This document shows positions 9,419-19,742 of a stretch of 64,000 nucleotides of DNA, one piece after another; within the stretch, counting starts at the first letter, position 1; every line of letters begins with the position of its first letter. Source of the stretch: Vicinamibacteria bacterium (GTDB lineage: Bacteria > Acidobacteriota > Vicinamibacteria > Marinacidobacterales > Marinacidobacteraceae); the NCBI GenBank assembly GCA_963668695.2, contig CAXXLQ010000004.1, positions 3,136,001 through 3,200,000 on the forward strand, given 5' to 3'. Below the pieces are notes generated by a model. It was given only the letters and a program-made list of their open reading frames with translations. It searched no databases and was not told where the DNA came from. A program made the translations under genes and the position numbers.

Positions 9419-11668
9419 TCAATCTCCCGTTTTGAGGCGCAGCGCGTTTCCCACCACCGATAGCGAGGAGAGCGCCATGGCGGCAGCGGCCCCTTCCGGG
9501 GGCAAGAGCAATCCCGTCGCCGGATACAGAACCCCGGCTGCGAGGGGAACGGCAGCCAGGTTGTAGAAGAAGGCCCAGAACAGATTCTGCCGAATGATTC
9601 GGAGCGCGCGGCGCGCAATCCGGAGCGCAACACTCACCAGACGCAGATCCGGGCGCATCAGAGTCACTGCCGCCGCCTCCCGGGCTATCTCGGTCCCCTC
9701 GGCGAAGGCGATCCCCACATCGGCGCGAGCGAGCGCGGGAGCGTCATTGATCCCGTCTCCGACCATCGCGACCGGGCCGTAGCGCTCCCTCAGGCGATCC
9801 AGGGCCGAGAGCTTCTGATCCGGCAGGAGCCCTCCCTCGAGTTCCCGGACGCCGATCTCGGCGCCGGTCGCCGCCACCGCGGCCGGTTCGTCGCCCGAAA
9901 CCAGCGAAACCGCCAGTCCGTCGCCCTCCAGTCTCCGGACCAGTTCCGCCGCCTCGGGGCGCGGCCGGTCCCGAAAACCGATGCTCCCGACGAATTCGAG
10001 GCGCCCCGCCGATTCCCGAAGTACCCGCAGCCGGCCCGACGCGCCCGCATCGTCCGGGGCCGGCGGAAGGGGCAGCCCACGCTCCCGGACCAAGCGATCG
10101 CTGCCGACCCACACGGTGGTTCCGCCGCCAAAGCTCGCGCTGACTCCGCGGCCCGGGAGAGCCTCGAAACGCTCGGGGGTCTCGAGCACCAATCCTTCCT
10201 GGTGCGCATGGGTGACCAGCGCTCTCCCGAGGGGATGTTCGGATCCCTGTTCCGCGGAGGCCGCGAGTCGAAGGAGATTCTCGGCGCTCCCGCCGGGCGC
10301 CGGCTCCACCGCGACAACCACCGGTTCACCGGTCGTGACCGTCCCCGTCTTGTCGAGCCCCACCACCCGGACGGAAGCCAGCGCCTCGAGGGCTCCCCCG
10401 GAGCGAAACAAAATGCCCCGCCGCGCACTTCGGCCAGTCGCCACCAGTACCGCGATGGGCGCCGCGAGGCCTACCGCGCAAGGACAGGCCACCACCAGCA
10501 CCGCCACCCCTCGAGCCAGGGCGAAATCCGTGGCGCCCCCGGCAAGAAGCCAGCCGCCCACCGTGACGGCCGCCGCCACCATCACGATCGGGACGAAGAC
10601 GCCCGCCACCCGGTCGGCGATCCGCTGAATCGGAATCTTCTCCGTCTGCGCCTTCCGGACCGACGCGGCGATCCTCGAGATGGTGCTGTCGGAAGCCACC
10701 CGGGTCACCTCAACCTCGACGGCGCCCGTGAGATTCATCGCCCCGGCGATCACCGGATCGGGCGCCGCCCGTTCGACGGGCACGCTCTCGCCGCTTACGA
10801 GCGACTCATCCATCGCGGCCCCGCCCTGAACGATGCGACCATCGAGCGGCACCCTTTCTCCGGGTCGCACCCGAACATGTTCGCCAAGTTGGATCCGGGC
10901 TACCGGCACCATCCGCTCGAACCCCCGGCGCACCACCCGAGCCTGGTCCGGAGCGAAGGCGAGCAACTCGCCGAGCGCATCGGCGGCTCGGCCCCGGGCC
11001 CGCTCCTCAAGCCAGCGTCCGAGGCGGACGATCGCGACGATGATCGCGGCAGTATCGAAGAACAGGGGGCTCCCCGCGGCTCCCGCCAGGGCCACCACCG
11101 AGGACACGTAAGCAGTTCCGGCGCCGAGCCCGATCAGGCTGTCCATCCCGAACGCCCGGTATCGCAGAGCCTTCCCGAACGCCATCAGGAAATCGCGACC
11201 GAGCAACACACACACCGGAGTCGCGAGCAGAAATTGCGACCACCGGCCCGGAGTGGTCCCGCCGAAGGCGCTCATCGCAACCGCCATGGCGGCCGCGGAG
11301 AGCCCGAGGGCCATGGCGACGGGGAAAAGTCCGTCGCGCCAGCCCAGGCGTCCAGCGGTGTTCCCTGCCCGCCCTGGTTGCTCGGGACCAGGTTCTTCGG
11401 CCGGCTCCAGCCGGTAGGGACCGGCCGATTCCACGGCCCCGGCGACATCAGCGGCGAACGCGGCGTCGGGTGCATCGACTCCCAATAGCCGGACGGCGAT
11501 ATCCCCCGTGAGCAGGCTCACCTCCGCGCTTTCGACCCCGGGGAGACTGACCACCGCCTTCTCGATGCCAGCCACGCAACCGGCGCAATGCATCCCGACG
11601 ACACGCGCCTCGAACCTGGCTTTCGGTACAAGTACCGGCGGTGGCGGCGCTTCGGAATGCCGATCCAT
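9419..11668 (-). CDS. copA: Cu(I)-translocating P1B-1 type ATPase
   Basis: GMHCAGC metal-binding domain, SGES, CPC, DKTGT, SEHPLG, GDGIND, YN and MALSS motifs; ATG 11668 follows a TATACT box (ORF track starts at 11728). Confidence 0.92.
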   Translation of the reverse strand: MDRHSEAPPPPVLVPKARFEARVVGMHCAGCVAGIEKAVVSLPGVESAEVSLLTGDIAVRLLGVDAPDAAFAADVAGAVESAGPYRLEPAEEPGPEQPGRAGNTAGRLGWRDGLFPVAMALGLSAAAMAVAMSAFGGTTPGRWSQFLLATPVCVLLGRDFLMAFGKALRYRAFGMDSLIGLGAGTAYVSSVVALAGAAGSPLFFDTAAIIVAIVRLGRWLEERARGRAADALGELLAFAPDQARVVRRGFERMVPVARIQLGEHVRVRPGERVPLDGRIVQGGAAMDESLVSGESVPVERAAPDPVIAGAMNLTGAVEVEVTRVASDSTISRIAASVRKAQTEKIPIQRIADRVAGVFVPIVMVAAAVTVGGWLLAGGATDFALARGVAVLVVACPCAVGLAAPIAVLVATGRSARRGILFRSGGALEALASVRVVGLDKTGTVTTGEPVVVAVEPAPGGSAENLLRLAASAEQGSEHPLGRALVTHAHQEGLVLETPERFEALPGRGVSASFGGGTTVWVGSDRLVRERGLPLPPAPDDAGASGRLRVLRESAGRLEFVGSIGFRDRPRPEAAELVRRLEGDGLAVSLVSGDEPAAVAATGAEIGVRELEGGLLPDQKLSALDRLRERYGPVAMVGDGINDAPALARADVGIAFAEGTEIAREAAAVTLMRPDLRLVSVALRIARRALRIIRQNLFWAFFYNLAAVPLAAGVLYPATGLLLPPEGAAAAMALSSLSVVGNALRLKTGD

Positions 11669-11869
11669 GTCGATTCGCGGAGTATAGGAACCAGCAACGA
11701 TGTCGGTCGGGACGGCCGCGGCTGGCATGAATTCGGTTGCGCGCTTCCCTGAGGCGTTCCCCTCAGGGAAACGGATCCGCGAGTGACCGCCCGCCTAGCG
11801 GCGGTGCCGGTCTGAAGGCTCCCACCGGGAGGACTGGCCGGCGCGTCCAGGGCTACAATCGCCAGCCGC

Positions 11870-12382
11870 TTGCCTGTCCGCCCGATCCTGCGTTACGGGG
11901 CTTCCCCCCTGACTACCCCGGCCGAACCCATCGCGGACTTCGGCCAGAACTGGCAGGGTCTCGTGGACGACATGATCGCAACTATGTACGCGGCTCCCGG
12001 CATCGGCCTCGCCGCACCCCAGATCGGCGTGGGCGTGCGTCTGTTGGTGATCGACATCACCGTCGGGGAAAAGGACGGCGAACTGATCGTGATGGCGAAT
12101 CCGGAGATCCTCGAATCGCGGGGCAGCCAATCCGAAGAGGAGGGCTGCCTCTCGGTTCCGGAGTACTCCGGCGTGACCCGGCGGCCGGGTTGGGTGCGGG
12201 TGCGCGGGCAGCGTCTCGACGGTTCGTTCTACGAGATGGAGGGCGACGGATTGCTGGCGCGGGCCTTCGCCCACGAGGTGGACCACCTGAACGGCCGCCT
12301 CTTTCTGGATCGGCTCGGACTCCTGAAACGGGATCTCATCGTTCGCAAACTGCGTCGCCGCATGCGTCGCGGCGACTGGTAA
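11870..12382 (+). CDS. def: Peptide deformylase
   Basis: GIGLAAPQIG, EGCLS, HEVDHLNG; TTG start preceded by TACAAT. Confidence 0.95.
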   Translation: MPVRPILRYGASPLTTPAEPIADFGQNWQGLVDDMIATMYAAPGIGLAAPQIGVGVRLLVIDITVGEKDGELIVMANPEILESRGSQSEEEGCLSVPEYSGVTRRPGWVRVRGQRLDGSFYEMEGDGLLARAFAHEVDHLNGRLFLDRLGLLKRDLIVRKLRRRMRRGDW

Positions 12383-12420
12383 CCCCCGGCGGGTCGGTGC
12401 GGCGGGTCGGAGGAACAGAA

Positions 12421-13458
12421 GTGGAGCGCCTCCGCATCGTCTTCCTGGGCACCTCCGCCTTTGCGGAACCGGTCCTGCGCGCTCTTCACGCGCACCATGT
12501 GGTGGTGGCGGCGTTTACCCAGCCGGATCGGCCCGCGGGTCGGCATCACCGCCCCCGCCTCAGCAGGATCAAGCGGTTGGCGGTGGAACTCGGAATACCG
12601 GTCCAGCAGCCGGAACGAATCCGCCGCCGGAGCGCATGGGAACCCGTCGCGGGCCTCGCGCCTGATGGCATCGTCGTCGCTGACTACGGCCAGATCCTTC
12701 CTGCCCGGTTGCTCGCGATCCCGCGCCTCGGCGCCGTCAACGTTCACGCCTCGCTACTCCCCGAGCTGCGCGGCGCCGCTCCGGCCATCTGGGCCGTGGC
12801 CCGCGGTCTCCCCCGAACCGGGGTCACAACCATGCTCATGGACGCCGGTCTGGATACCGGGCCGATACTGCTCCAGCGGGAAACCGCAATCGGAGAGTCC
12901 GAGACCGGGGGCGAACTCCTCGCTCGCCTTGCACCCATGGGCGCCGAACTCCTGATCGAGACCCTCGCCGGTCTGGCAGCCGGGCGCCTTTCCCCCCGTC
13001 GCCAGGACGATGACCACGCCACTTTCGCTCCGCGGGTGCAAAAGGCCGACGCGGCTCTGGACTGGGAGCTCGCAGCTCCCGCGCTGGCGAACCGTATCCG
13101 CGCCTTCTCTCCGGCCCCGGTGGCCTTTACCGCGCTTGCCGGAGAGGCGGAGGATGGGAAGGGCGAGCTCCTCCGGATTCACCGAGCTTCGGCCGACATC
13201 GGTACGCCGCCGCCGAACGGGTTCACCCCGGGCTCTTTCCGGATCGCGGGTTCCGGGCGCGCTCCCCGCCTGGGGATCACCTGCGGCGAAGGCAGCACAC
13301 TCTGGCCCCTGGACGTGCAGGCGGCAGGCCGACGGCGCATGCCCATCGCGGATTTCCTCCGCGGCAGAGTCCTCGCGGCGCCGGTCGAAGAGCGGGGGAC
13401 ACCCATCGGCCTTTTTCTCCCAGCAGCGCAGGCGGCGCGCCTGGCGGAGGCGCGGTAG
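12421..13458 (+). CDS. fmt: Methionyl-tRNA formyltransferase
   Basis: RIVFLGTSAFA, TQPDRPAGR, NVHASLLPELRGAAP, MDAGLDTG; GTG start at 12421 after def. Confidence 0.93.
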   Translation: MERLRIVFLGTSAFAEPVLRALHAHHVVVAAFTQPDRPAGRHHRPRLSRIKRLAVELGIPVQQPERIRRRSAWEPVAGLAPDGIVVADYGQILPARLLAIPRLGAVNVHASLLPELRGAAPAIWAVARGLPRTGVTTMLMDAGLDTGPILLQRETAIGESETGGELLARLAPMGAELLIETLAGLAAGRLSPRRQDDDHATFAPRVQKADAALDWELAAPALANRIRAFSPAPVAFTALAGEAEDGKGELLRIHRASADIGTPPPNGFTPGSFRIAGSGRAPRLGITCGEGSTLWPLDVQAAGRRRMPIADFLRGRVLAAPVEERGTPIGLFLPAAQAARLAEAR

Positions 13459-14346
13459 ATGGGTTTCAGGCGCGCTGCGCTGGCGCTGATGGGGCTACTG
13501 GCCCTGCTGGGAATCGGCTACGGACTGCTCCTTTTCGTCTCCAACTCCCGTCCGCCCAAAACGGCCCACGTCTTCTTCCGAACGCCGGCCCGCAACGTCG
13601 CGCACCGGGGGGGCCGCAAGCTTGCTCCCGAGGCAACCCTGGCGGCGTTTCGAGCCGCGTCGGCGGCCGGAGCGGACGTCCTCGAGATGGACGTCCGGCG
13701 CACCGCCGACGGCGCGCTGGTGGTAATCCATGACGCGCTCGTGGACCGGACTACCGACGGCAGCGGTCCGGTCGCCTCGCTTCGTCTCGACGAACTGCGC
13801 CGCCTGAACGCCGGGCACCATTTCCGAACGCCGGAGGGGGCGTTCCCTTACCGCGAGGAACCCCTCCCGGTGCCTACCTTCGAGGAGGTTCAGGAGGCCC
13901 ATCCGGACCTCCGTTTCGTCGTCGAAATGAAGACGCCCGATACCGCGGAACCGCTATGCGACGCAATCCGGGAAGAGGGACGGGAACTCCGGACCCTGGT
14001 GGCTGCTTTCGACCGCGAATCGCTCGAGCGTTTCCGCGCGGCGTGTCCCGAAGTGGCGACGAGCGCGAGTTTCCGGGAAGTCGTTACCTTCCTCGCTCTC
14101 GCCTATGGAGGCTTGGCCGGTCTCCATGACAGCGCTGCAGATGCACTCCTGGTCAGCGAAACCAGCGGGCCGTTGCGGGTGGTCACATCCCGCTTCCTGC
14201 GCGCTGCCCGGCGGGCGGGGCTTCCCGTGCTCGTCTGGACGGTGAACCGGCCCGAGGACATGGAGCGTCTGCTCGCTCTCGGAGTGCACGGCATCCTCAC
14301 CGATGATCCCGCCACCCTCTCGGGCGTACTCGCGGGTCGACGCTGA
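13459..14346 (+). CDS. Glycerophosphodiester phosphodiesterase
   Basis: AHRGG..PEAT, EMDV..TADG.LVVIHD, VWTVN, GILTDDP; N-terminal TM anchor. Confidence 0.9.
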   Translation: MGFRRAALALMGLLALLGIGYGLLLFVSNSRPPKTAHVFFRTPARNVAHRGGRKLAPEATLAAFRAASAAGADVLEMDVRRTADGALVVIHDALVDRTTDGSGPVASLRLDELRRLNAGHHFRTPEGAFPYREEPLPVPTFEEVQEAHPDLRFVVEMKTPDTAEPLCDAIREEGRELRTLVAAFDRESLERFRAACPEVATSASFREVVTFLALAYGGLAGLHDSAADALLVSETSGPLRVVTSRFLRAARRAGLPVLVWTVNRPEDMERLLALGVHGILTDDPATLSGVLAGRR

Positions 14347-14347
14347 A

Positions 14348-15769
14348 GTGTCCCAGTCCCCACGGAAAACCGCCGGCACGCGCGACCGGACACCCCGTCC
14401 CGGGTCGTCGCGGCCCGCTTCCCCGGCGCGCCGCGCCGCCTTTGCCGTTCTCCTCCGGCTGGAACCGACAACCGATCGCCCCATCCCACCGCGCCCGGAC
14501 ACGCTGATCGCCCGCCTGGAAGACGCCGAGGGGCAGCCTCCGACCGATCGGGACCGGGCGCTGGCGCGAGAACTGGTCTTCGGCGTTTTGCGCTGGCGAC
14601 GAGCACTTGACTACGCCCTGGACTCGTATTCGCGGCGTCCGGTCAGCAGACTCGATCTTCCGGTGCGGATAGCTCTCCGCCTCGGGCTCTACCAACTCCG
14701 GTATCTCGACCGGGTGCCCGCGAGCGCGGCCGTCCACGAGTCGGTATCGCTCGCCACCGCCTTCGCACGGCCGGGCGCCGCCGGACTCGTGAATGCAGTG
14801 CTCCGCTCCTACCTGCGTGCGGACCATCCCTGGCCGCACCGCGGGGGTGATCGCGATCTCTACCTGCGAGTCGGTTTGTCCCACCCGGATTGGCTCGTGG
14901 ACCGCTATGTGAACCAGCTCGGGAACGACGGCGCCAGACGGCGTCTTGAAGCCAACAACCGGTCCCCGACCGTGTTCTTGCGGGTAGGTCTCAGGGGAGA
15001 CCTCGACGACGTGCGGCGGCAGCTGGAGGCGGACGGCATTCGCACCGAACGCTTTCCGCTCGCGCCACGCTGCCTGAAGGTCACCGAGGGAAACCCGCAG
15101 GATTCCGCACTACACGAGGAAGGCGAAATTCACATTCAGGATGCGGGGTCACAGCTCATCGCCTGGTTGCTTCCCGCGGAGGGAGCCCGGCGGTATTTGG
15201 ACGCGTGTGCGGCGCCGGGCGGTAAGGCCGCCATCCTTGCCGAGCGCATCGCGCCCCGCCCGGTCATCGCCGCCGATCTGCGAACGTCACGCATCGAGCT
15301 CCTCCGGAATACCGCGCGGCGGCTCTCCGCCACCAATGTTCTCCCCCTGGTCGCCGACGCTTGCCGACCCCCCTTCTCGGCGGAGTCCTTCGACCGGGTG
15401 CTGCTGGACATTCCCTGCAGTGGCCTCGGCACCCTGTCGCGCAATCCCGACATCAAGTGGACCGCCTCTCCGAGCCGCCTCCGGCGCCTCGGGAAGACTG
15501 CGCTCCAGATGGCCCGGGCGGCAGCCGGGCTGCTTGCCCCCGGCGGAATGCTCCTGTATGCCACCTGTTCGCTGGAGCCCGAGGAGACGAGCGAACCGGT
15601 GCGGGATCTGCTGGCCGAAACCCCCGGCCTTCGAGCGATCCCTCTCAGGGATCGCCTGCCGGAGGCACTCGCGCCGCTCGTCGGCAACGATGGGGCGCTT
15701 CGCCTGGCGCCGGAGGAACATGGGACCGACGGCTATTTCGCAGCGCTCCTCCAGCGCTCAAGCATTTAA
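14348..15769 (+). CDS. rsmB: 16S rRNA m5C967 methyltransferase RsmB/Sun
   Basis: NusB-like N-terminus (ELVFGVLRW, LVNAVLR), IQDAGSQ, DACAAPGGK, DIPCSGLG, YATCS. Confidence 0.92.
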   Translation: MSQSPRKTAGTRDRTPRPGSSRPASPARRAAFAVLLRLEPTTDRPIPPRPDTLIARLEDAEGQPPTDRDRALARELVFGVLRWRRALDYALDSYSRRPVSRLDLPVRIALRLGLYQLRYLDRVPASAAVHESVSLATAFARPGAAGLVNAVLRSYLRADHPWPHRGGDRDLYLRVGLSHPDWLVDRYVNQLGNDGARRRLEANNRSPTVFLRVGLRGDLDDVRRQLEADGIRTERFPLAPRCLKVTEGNPQDSALHEEGEIHIQDAGSQLIAWLLPAEGARRYLDACAAPGGKAAILAERIAPRPVIAADLRTSRIELLRNTARRLSATNVLPLVADACRPPFSAESFDRVLLDIPCSGLGTLSRNPDIKWTASPSRLRRLGKTALQMARAAAGLLAPGGMLLYATCSLEPEETSEPVRDLLAETPGLRAIPLRDRLPEALAPLVGNDGALRLAPEEHGTDGYFAALLQRSSI

Positions 15770-16331
15770 CAGCCTATGGTGAAACCCAGGTGAGCGCCGA
15801 GGTCGGCCAGTCCTCCCGGTGGGGGAGGCGCCCGGCCGACACGGCGGGCGGCGGGAAGGACCCCCAGTGCGGGGGGGCCTTTCCGGCCGGGAGCCCGGCG
15901 TTCAGCGTCATCCGGACGGTGGCGTGGTACACGCCTTTCGCTGCGCTTTGCGCAGCGGTGCCGGCCCCCACCGGGAGAACTGCCCAGAGGTCGGCGTTCC
16001 AAGCCGTCCCCGCGCTTGAAGCGCGGTGGAGTACTGCCGAGCGCGCAAAAACAATGGCAGCGAACTTTGTTCGCTGCCCGCGTGACCGGGGGGAAAGTGT
16101 GAAAGGGGGGCACCCCCCCCCCTTTCACAAATCAACAATGACCAATCGGAACTCGCCGCCGCGCGCCGCAGGCGCGCAAGGGAGTTTCGATTGCCGGCGC
16201 GAAGCGCCGGGCGGTCCCCGGACGGGGCCCCAACTCCAAGCAGGACTACGACCGAAAGCTATTCCAGATCAAGGCCCCGTCCGGGGACCGCTCGACCCTG
16301 ATTGCCGCGTGGGTTTTGCCACAGGCTGTTA
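15767..16331. mobile_element. Family A termini enclosing a family B structured repeat
   Basis: TA|ACAGCCTATGGTGAAACCC ... GGGTTTTGCCACAGGCTGT|TA, with the B module at about 15960-16300 inside. Confidence 0.75.
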
Positions 16332-16433
16332 GGTCGACGCCCGCGCGCGATGTTTCGCCGGCGCGCCATACCGTAGCGACCGGCTCTTCGGACACCCCGC
16401 CCGGCACTACACTTCCGGACACGTACTTGGCCG

Positions 16434-17198
16434 ATGGGCACCTTTCGAATTCGCTGGAACCGGCGAGGCGGGCGTTCGGCATCACGACTGTCGCGGGGCC
16501 TTTACTACCTGGTGACCGCAGCCCTGTTGGGGGCAACGTTCGCTTTTGCGGCCGCCGCCACCTTCCTGATCGCGTCCTCAGCCGCGGATCCGGCCGTTCC
16601 GGACCTCACGAGCCTTGAACTCGAGGCCGCCGAAGCCTTGCTCGGCGGAGTGGGCCTTCGCCTCGCGGTGGGGCAGGCGCGGTTCGACGACCAGATTCCC
16701 GAAGGCCGCATCGTCTTCCAGGAACCGCCGCCCGATTCCTTCTTCAAGCGTGGGCGTTCCGTCCAGGTCTTCCGCAGCCTCGGGCCGACCCGCCGGGTGG
16801 TTCCGCGGCTTGAGGGGAGCACCCTTACCGAGGCCCGGCGCCAAATCGAAGCCGCCGAGCTGAGTGTGGGGCGGGTCGCCGAGGTGGAAAGCGACACCTA
16901 TCTCGCCGGTCGGGTCATTGCCCAGTCGCCCGTGGCCTACAGTGAAGCCGTCCCCGAGACCTCGGTGTCGGTGCTGCTCTCGGCGGGGTCGGAACCCGAA
17001 TCGTTCGTAATGCCGGATTTCATCGGACGGCGGTACGGAGACATCGCGGATGACCTGAGCAGAGGCGCGGTCCGGGTACGCGATGTGCGGAGCGTCCCGT
17101 ACCGGGGTGTTCCGGCCGGGATCGTCGTCGATCAGGTACCCGCGGCCGGTGCGAAGGTAAGTCGCGCCGATCGGATCGTCCTCACCCTCAGTCGATAA
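16434..17198 (+). CDS. Membrane-anchored protein with three PASTA domains and no kinase domain
   Basis: One TM helix, then VPDLTSL, VPRLEGS and MPDFIGR repeats each with G.IV.Q.P. Confidence 0.85.
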   Translation: MGTFRIRWNRRGGRSASRLSRGLYYLVTAALLGATFAFAAAATFLIASSAADPAVPDLTSLELEAAEALLGGVGLRLAVGQARFDDQIPEGRIVFQEPPPDSFFKRGRSVQVFRSLGPTRRVVPRLEGSTLTEARRQIEAAELSVGRVAEVESDTYLAGRVIAQSPVAYSEAVPETSVSVLLSAGSEPESFVMPDFIGRRYGDIADDLSRGAVRVRDVRSVPYRGVPAGIVVDQVPAAGAKVSRADRIVLTLSR

Positions 17199-17208
17199 CT
17201 TCAACCGG

Positions 17209-17853
17209 ATGCGGCTCACGCCCTCGCTTCTCTCCGCTGACTTCACGCGTCTCGCGGAGGAGGTGCGGACAGTCGAGGAGGCTGGAGCACATGGGCTGCA
17301 TCTCGACGTCATGGACGGGCACTACGTACCCAACCTGACGTTCGGGCCCATGGTGGTGGCGGCGGTGAGGCGCTGCACGGATCTGCCGCTCGACGCTCAC
17401 CTGATGATCGAAAACGCCCCGGAACACATCAGGGCCTACGCGGAAGCGGGCGCAGACGCCATCGCGGTGCACCCGGAAGCCGTGCCGCATCTCCACAAGA
17501 CGATTGCCGATCTCCGAGCCCTCGCAGTTCGGCCCGGACTGGCGATCAATCCCCTTTCGCCGCTCGCGTCCCTGGAAGAAGCGCTCGCCGCGGTGGACTA
17601 CGCGATCGTCATGTCGGTCAATCCCGGTTGGGGAGGCCAGCGCTTCATCGAGGGAAGCATGGACCGCGTCCGCCAGGTTCGCAAAATCGCCGAGCGGACG
17701 AACCCGTCGCTCGAGATCGTGATCGACGGAGGCATCAACGCTTCCCGGATTGCGGCGGCGCGCGACGCCGGAGCGGACGTGGCGGTGGCGGGATCGGCCG
17801 TGTTCGGCGCCGCCGACCCGGCGGCGGCCGTCCGGGAGATGCTCGCCGCGTGA
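17209..17853 (+). CDS. rpe: Ribulose-phosphate 3-epimerase
   Basis: PSLLSADF, HLDVMDGHYVPNLTFG, MSVNPGWGGQ, IDGGI, VAGSAVF. Confidence 0.96.
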   Translation: MRLTPSLLSADFTRLAEEVRTVEEAGAHGLHLDVMDGHYVPNLTFGPMVVAAVRRCTDLPLDAHLMIENAPEHIRAYAEAGADAIAVHPEAVPHLHKTIADLRALAVRPGLAINPLSPLASLEEALAAVDYAIVMSVNPGWGGQRFIEGSMDRVRQVRKIAERTNPSLEIVIDGGINASRIAAARDAGADVAVAGSAVFGAADPAAAVREMLAA

Positions 17854-18001
17854 TGCATTGGCTCGCCACCGTCGGGATCCCCGTGCGGCCCGATCTTTCG
17901 GCAACTGGCCGAGGCACCTGAGTCTTCGCCGGGCCGGCGGGCCATCGCCCTTGACCTCTCTGGACTTGACCTCTCCGGACGATTCGCCGGCTCTGGCAGC
18001 C

Positions 18002-18478
18002 GTGACCTCTCCTCCCGCCGACGCCACTCAGGTTTCGATCCGCGTCCGCTATGCCGAGACCGATCAGATGGGGGTGGGCTACCACGGCGCCTACCTTCCC
18101 TGGCTTGAGGTAGCGCGGACCAGTTGGTTGCGGAAACACGCGCTGCCCTACCGGGAGCTGGAGGCGAGCGGCTTCCACTTTCCGGTGATCGAAGTGCGGT
18201 GCCGCTATCTGCGGCCGGTCCGCTACGACGACGACCTCATCGTGGAGGCCCAGGCGTTCCCCTACCGGCGGTCGGGTATCGGCTTTGCCTATCGAATCCT
18301 GCGCCCTTCCGATGGGACGCTGGTCGCCACTGCCGAAACGCGGCATGCAACGGTTGGGACGGACGGGCGGGCGCGCCGCTTGCCCCAATCGGTCCGCGGA
18401 GCGTTAACAGCCTGTGGTGAAACCCACGTGAGCGCCGAGACGGGCGAGGCCCAGTTCTCCCGGTGGGGGTCGGGCTGA
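18002..18478 (+). CDS. Acyl-CoA thioesterase (YbgC/4HBT hotdog family); C-terminus runs into a family A element
   Basis: RVRYAETDQMGVGYHGAYLPWLEVAR motif; start uncertain (TTG 17951 or GTG 18002). Confidence 0.85.
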   Translation: MTSPPADATQVSIRVRYAETDQMGVGYHGAYLPWLEVARTSWLRKHALPYRELEASGFHFPVIEVRCRYLRPVRYDDDLIVEAQAFPYRRSGIGFAYRILRPSDGTLVATAETRHATVGTDGRARRLPQSVRGALTACGETHVSAETGEAQFSRWGSG

Positions 18479-18809
18479 CAAGGCGCGCAAGGGAGGAATA
18501 CCGAGTGTATTTCGACCGAAGCGCAACGCAGAGCACCGCGAAGCGGGGCGGTTCAGCCGGGATGGATCGCCCGTCGAACGCCGGGTGGGTTTTGCCACAG
18601 GCTGTTAACAGCCTGTGGTGGAACCCGGGTGAGCGCCGAGAGCGGGGAGGCTCAGTTCTCCCGGTGGGGGTCCGGCTGACAAGGCGCGTGAGGGAGGAAT
18701 ACCGGGTGTATTTCGACCGAAACGCAACGATGAGCGGCGCGAAGCGACGCGGTTCAGCCGGGATGGATCGCCGGCCAGAACGCCGCGTGGGTTTCACCAC
18801 CGGCTGTTA
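18405..18809. mobile_element. Two tandem family A elements sharing a central TA
   Basis: TA|ACAGCC..GGCTGT|TA|ACAGCC..GGCTGT|TA with the junction at 18606-18607. Confidence 0.85.
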
Positions 18810-18878
18810 AGCAGCCTGTGAAGAAATGCCGGCCAGACGCTAGCATTTCGTGAGCCGCGGCATCCGCCGCTCCATGCC

Positions 18879-19688
18879 ATGCCCCCCGACACCGCCGGCC
18901 TCGCAAATCGACGCCTTCTGGGCCCCGCTCTGGCGGTAGCCGCCGTAGTGTGCGGCCTCGCCTGCAGTTCCCGCCCGACGGCGGAGGTGCCTACCGGAGT
19001 GCAGGCCGATCGACGGCTCCTCGCGCTGGGTCAGCAAAGTCTCGAGGGCCGCGATTGGGAGACCGCCCGTACGTGGTTCCGTCAATTGCTCGACAGCTAT
19101 CCTCGCAGTCAGTTCGCCGGGGACGCCAGACTGGGAATCGCGGACACCTATAACAACCGGCGCGGGGCCCAAAACGCCTTGCTTGCCGCTACCGAGTACC
19201 GGGACTATCTGACGTTCTTCCCTAACCACCCGAGAGCCGACTACGCCCAGTTCCAGATCGCGTATGGGCACTTCAAGCGGCGTCGCAACGCCGATCGGGA
19301 TCAGGAAGACACCCGCCTCGCGTCAACCGAGTTCGAAAAGCTCCTCGAGCTGTACCCCAACTCCCGATACGCCGAGGAAGCGCGCGTACATCTCGCCGAT
19401 TGCCAGAACGACCTGGCCAGTTCCGTCCTGCTGAAGGCCGAGTTCTACCAGGACCAACGCGGTTGGTGTCGGGGCGCCATCCCCCGACTCGAAGAGATTC
19501 TGGCGAACTACCCCAACTTCGGCCGCCTCGCAGAGGTCCGCCACCGGCTGGCGCAGGCGCTCACCGAATGCGGTCGGGAGCAGGAGGCTCTGGTCCACTA
19601 CCAGAAGATCGTGGAAGAACACGCGGACAGCCAATACACCGAAGCTGCCCGAGAGCGGATTCGCGAGATCCTCGCCCGGACCTCGTAA
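18879..19688 (+). CDS. bamD: Outer membrane protein assembly factor BamD
   Basis: Lipobox LAC, TPR repeats, FFPNHPRADYAQF, DRDQEDT, LYPNSRY. Confidence 0.88.
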   Translation: MPPDTAGLANRRLLGPALAVAAVVCGLACSSRPTAEVPTGVQADRRLLALGQQSLEGRDWETARTWFRQLLDSYPRSQFAGDARLGIADTYNNRRGAQNALLAATEYRDYLTFFPNHPRADYAQFQIAYGHFKRRRNADRDQEDTRLASTEFEKLLELYPNSRYAEEARVHLADCQNDLASSVLLKAEFYQDQRGWCRGAIPRLEEILANYPNFGRLAEVRHRLAQALTECGREQEALVHYQKIVEEHADSQYTEAARERIREILARTS

Positions 19689-19742
19689 GACAGGACCTCG
19701 TAAGAATCGCGGTCCCCAGCTCTCTCGAAGGCGCAGGGGCCT

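Noticed and set aside
11737-12420. N-terminal extension of fmt (573-aa ORF)
   Set aside because: It overlaps def in another frame; Fmt homology starts at GTG 12421.
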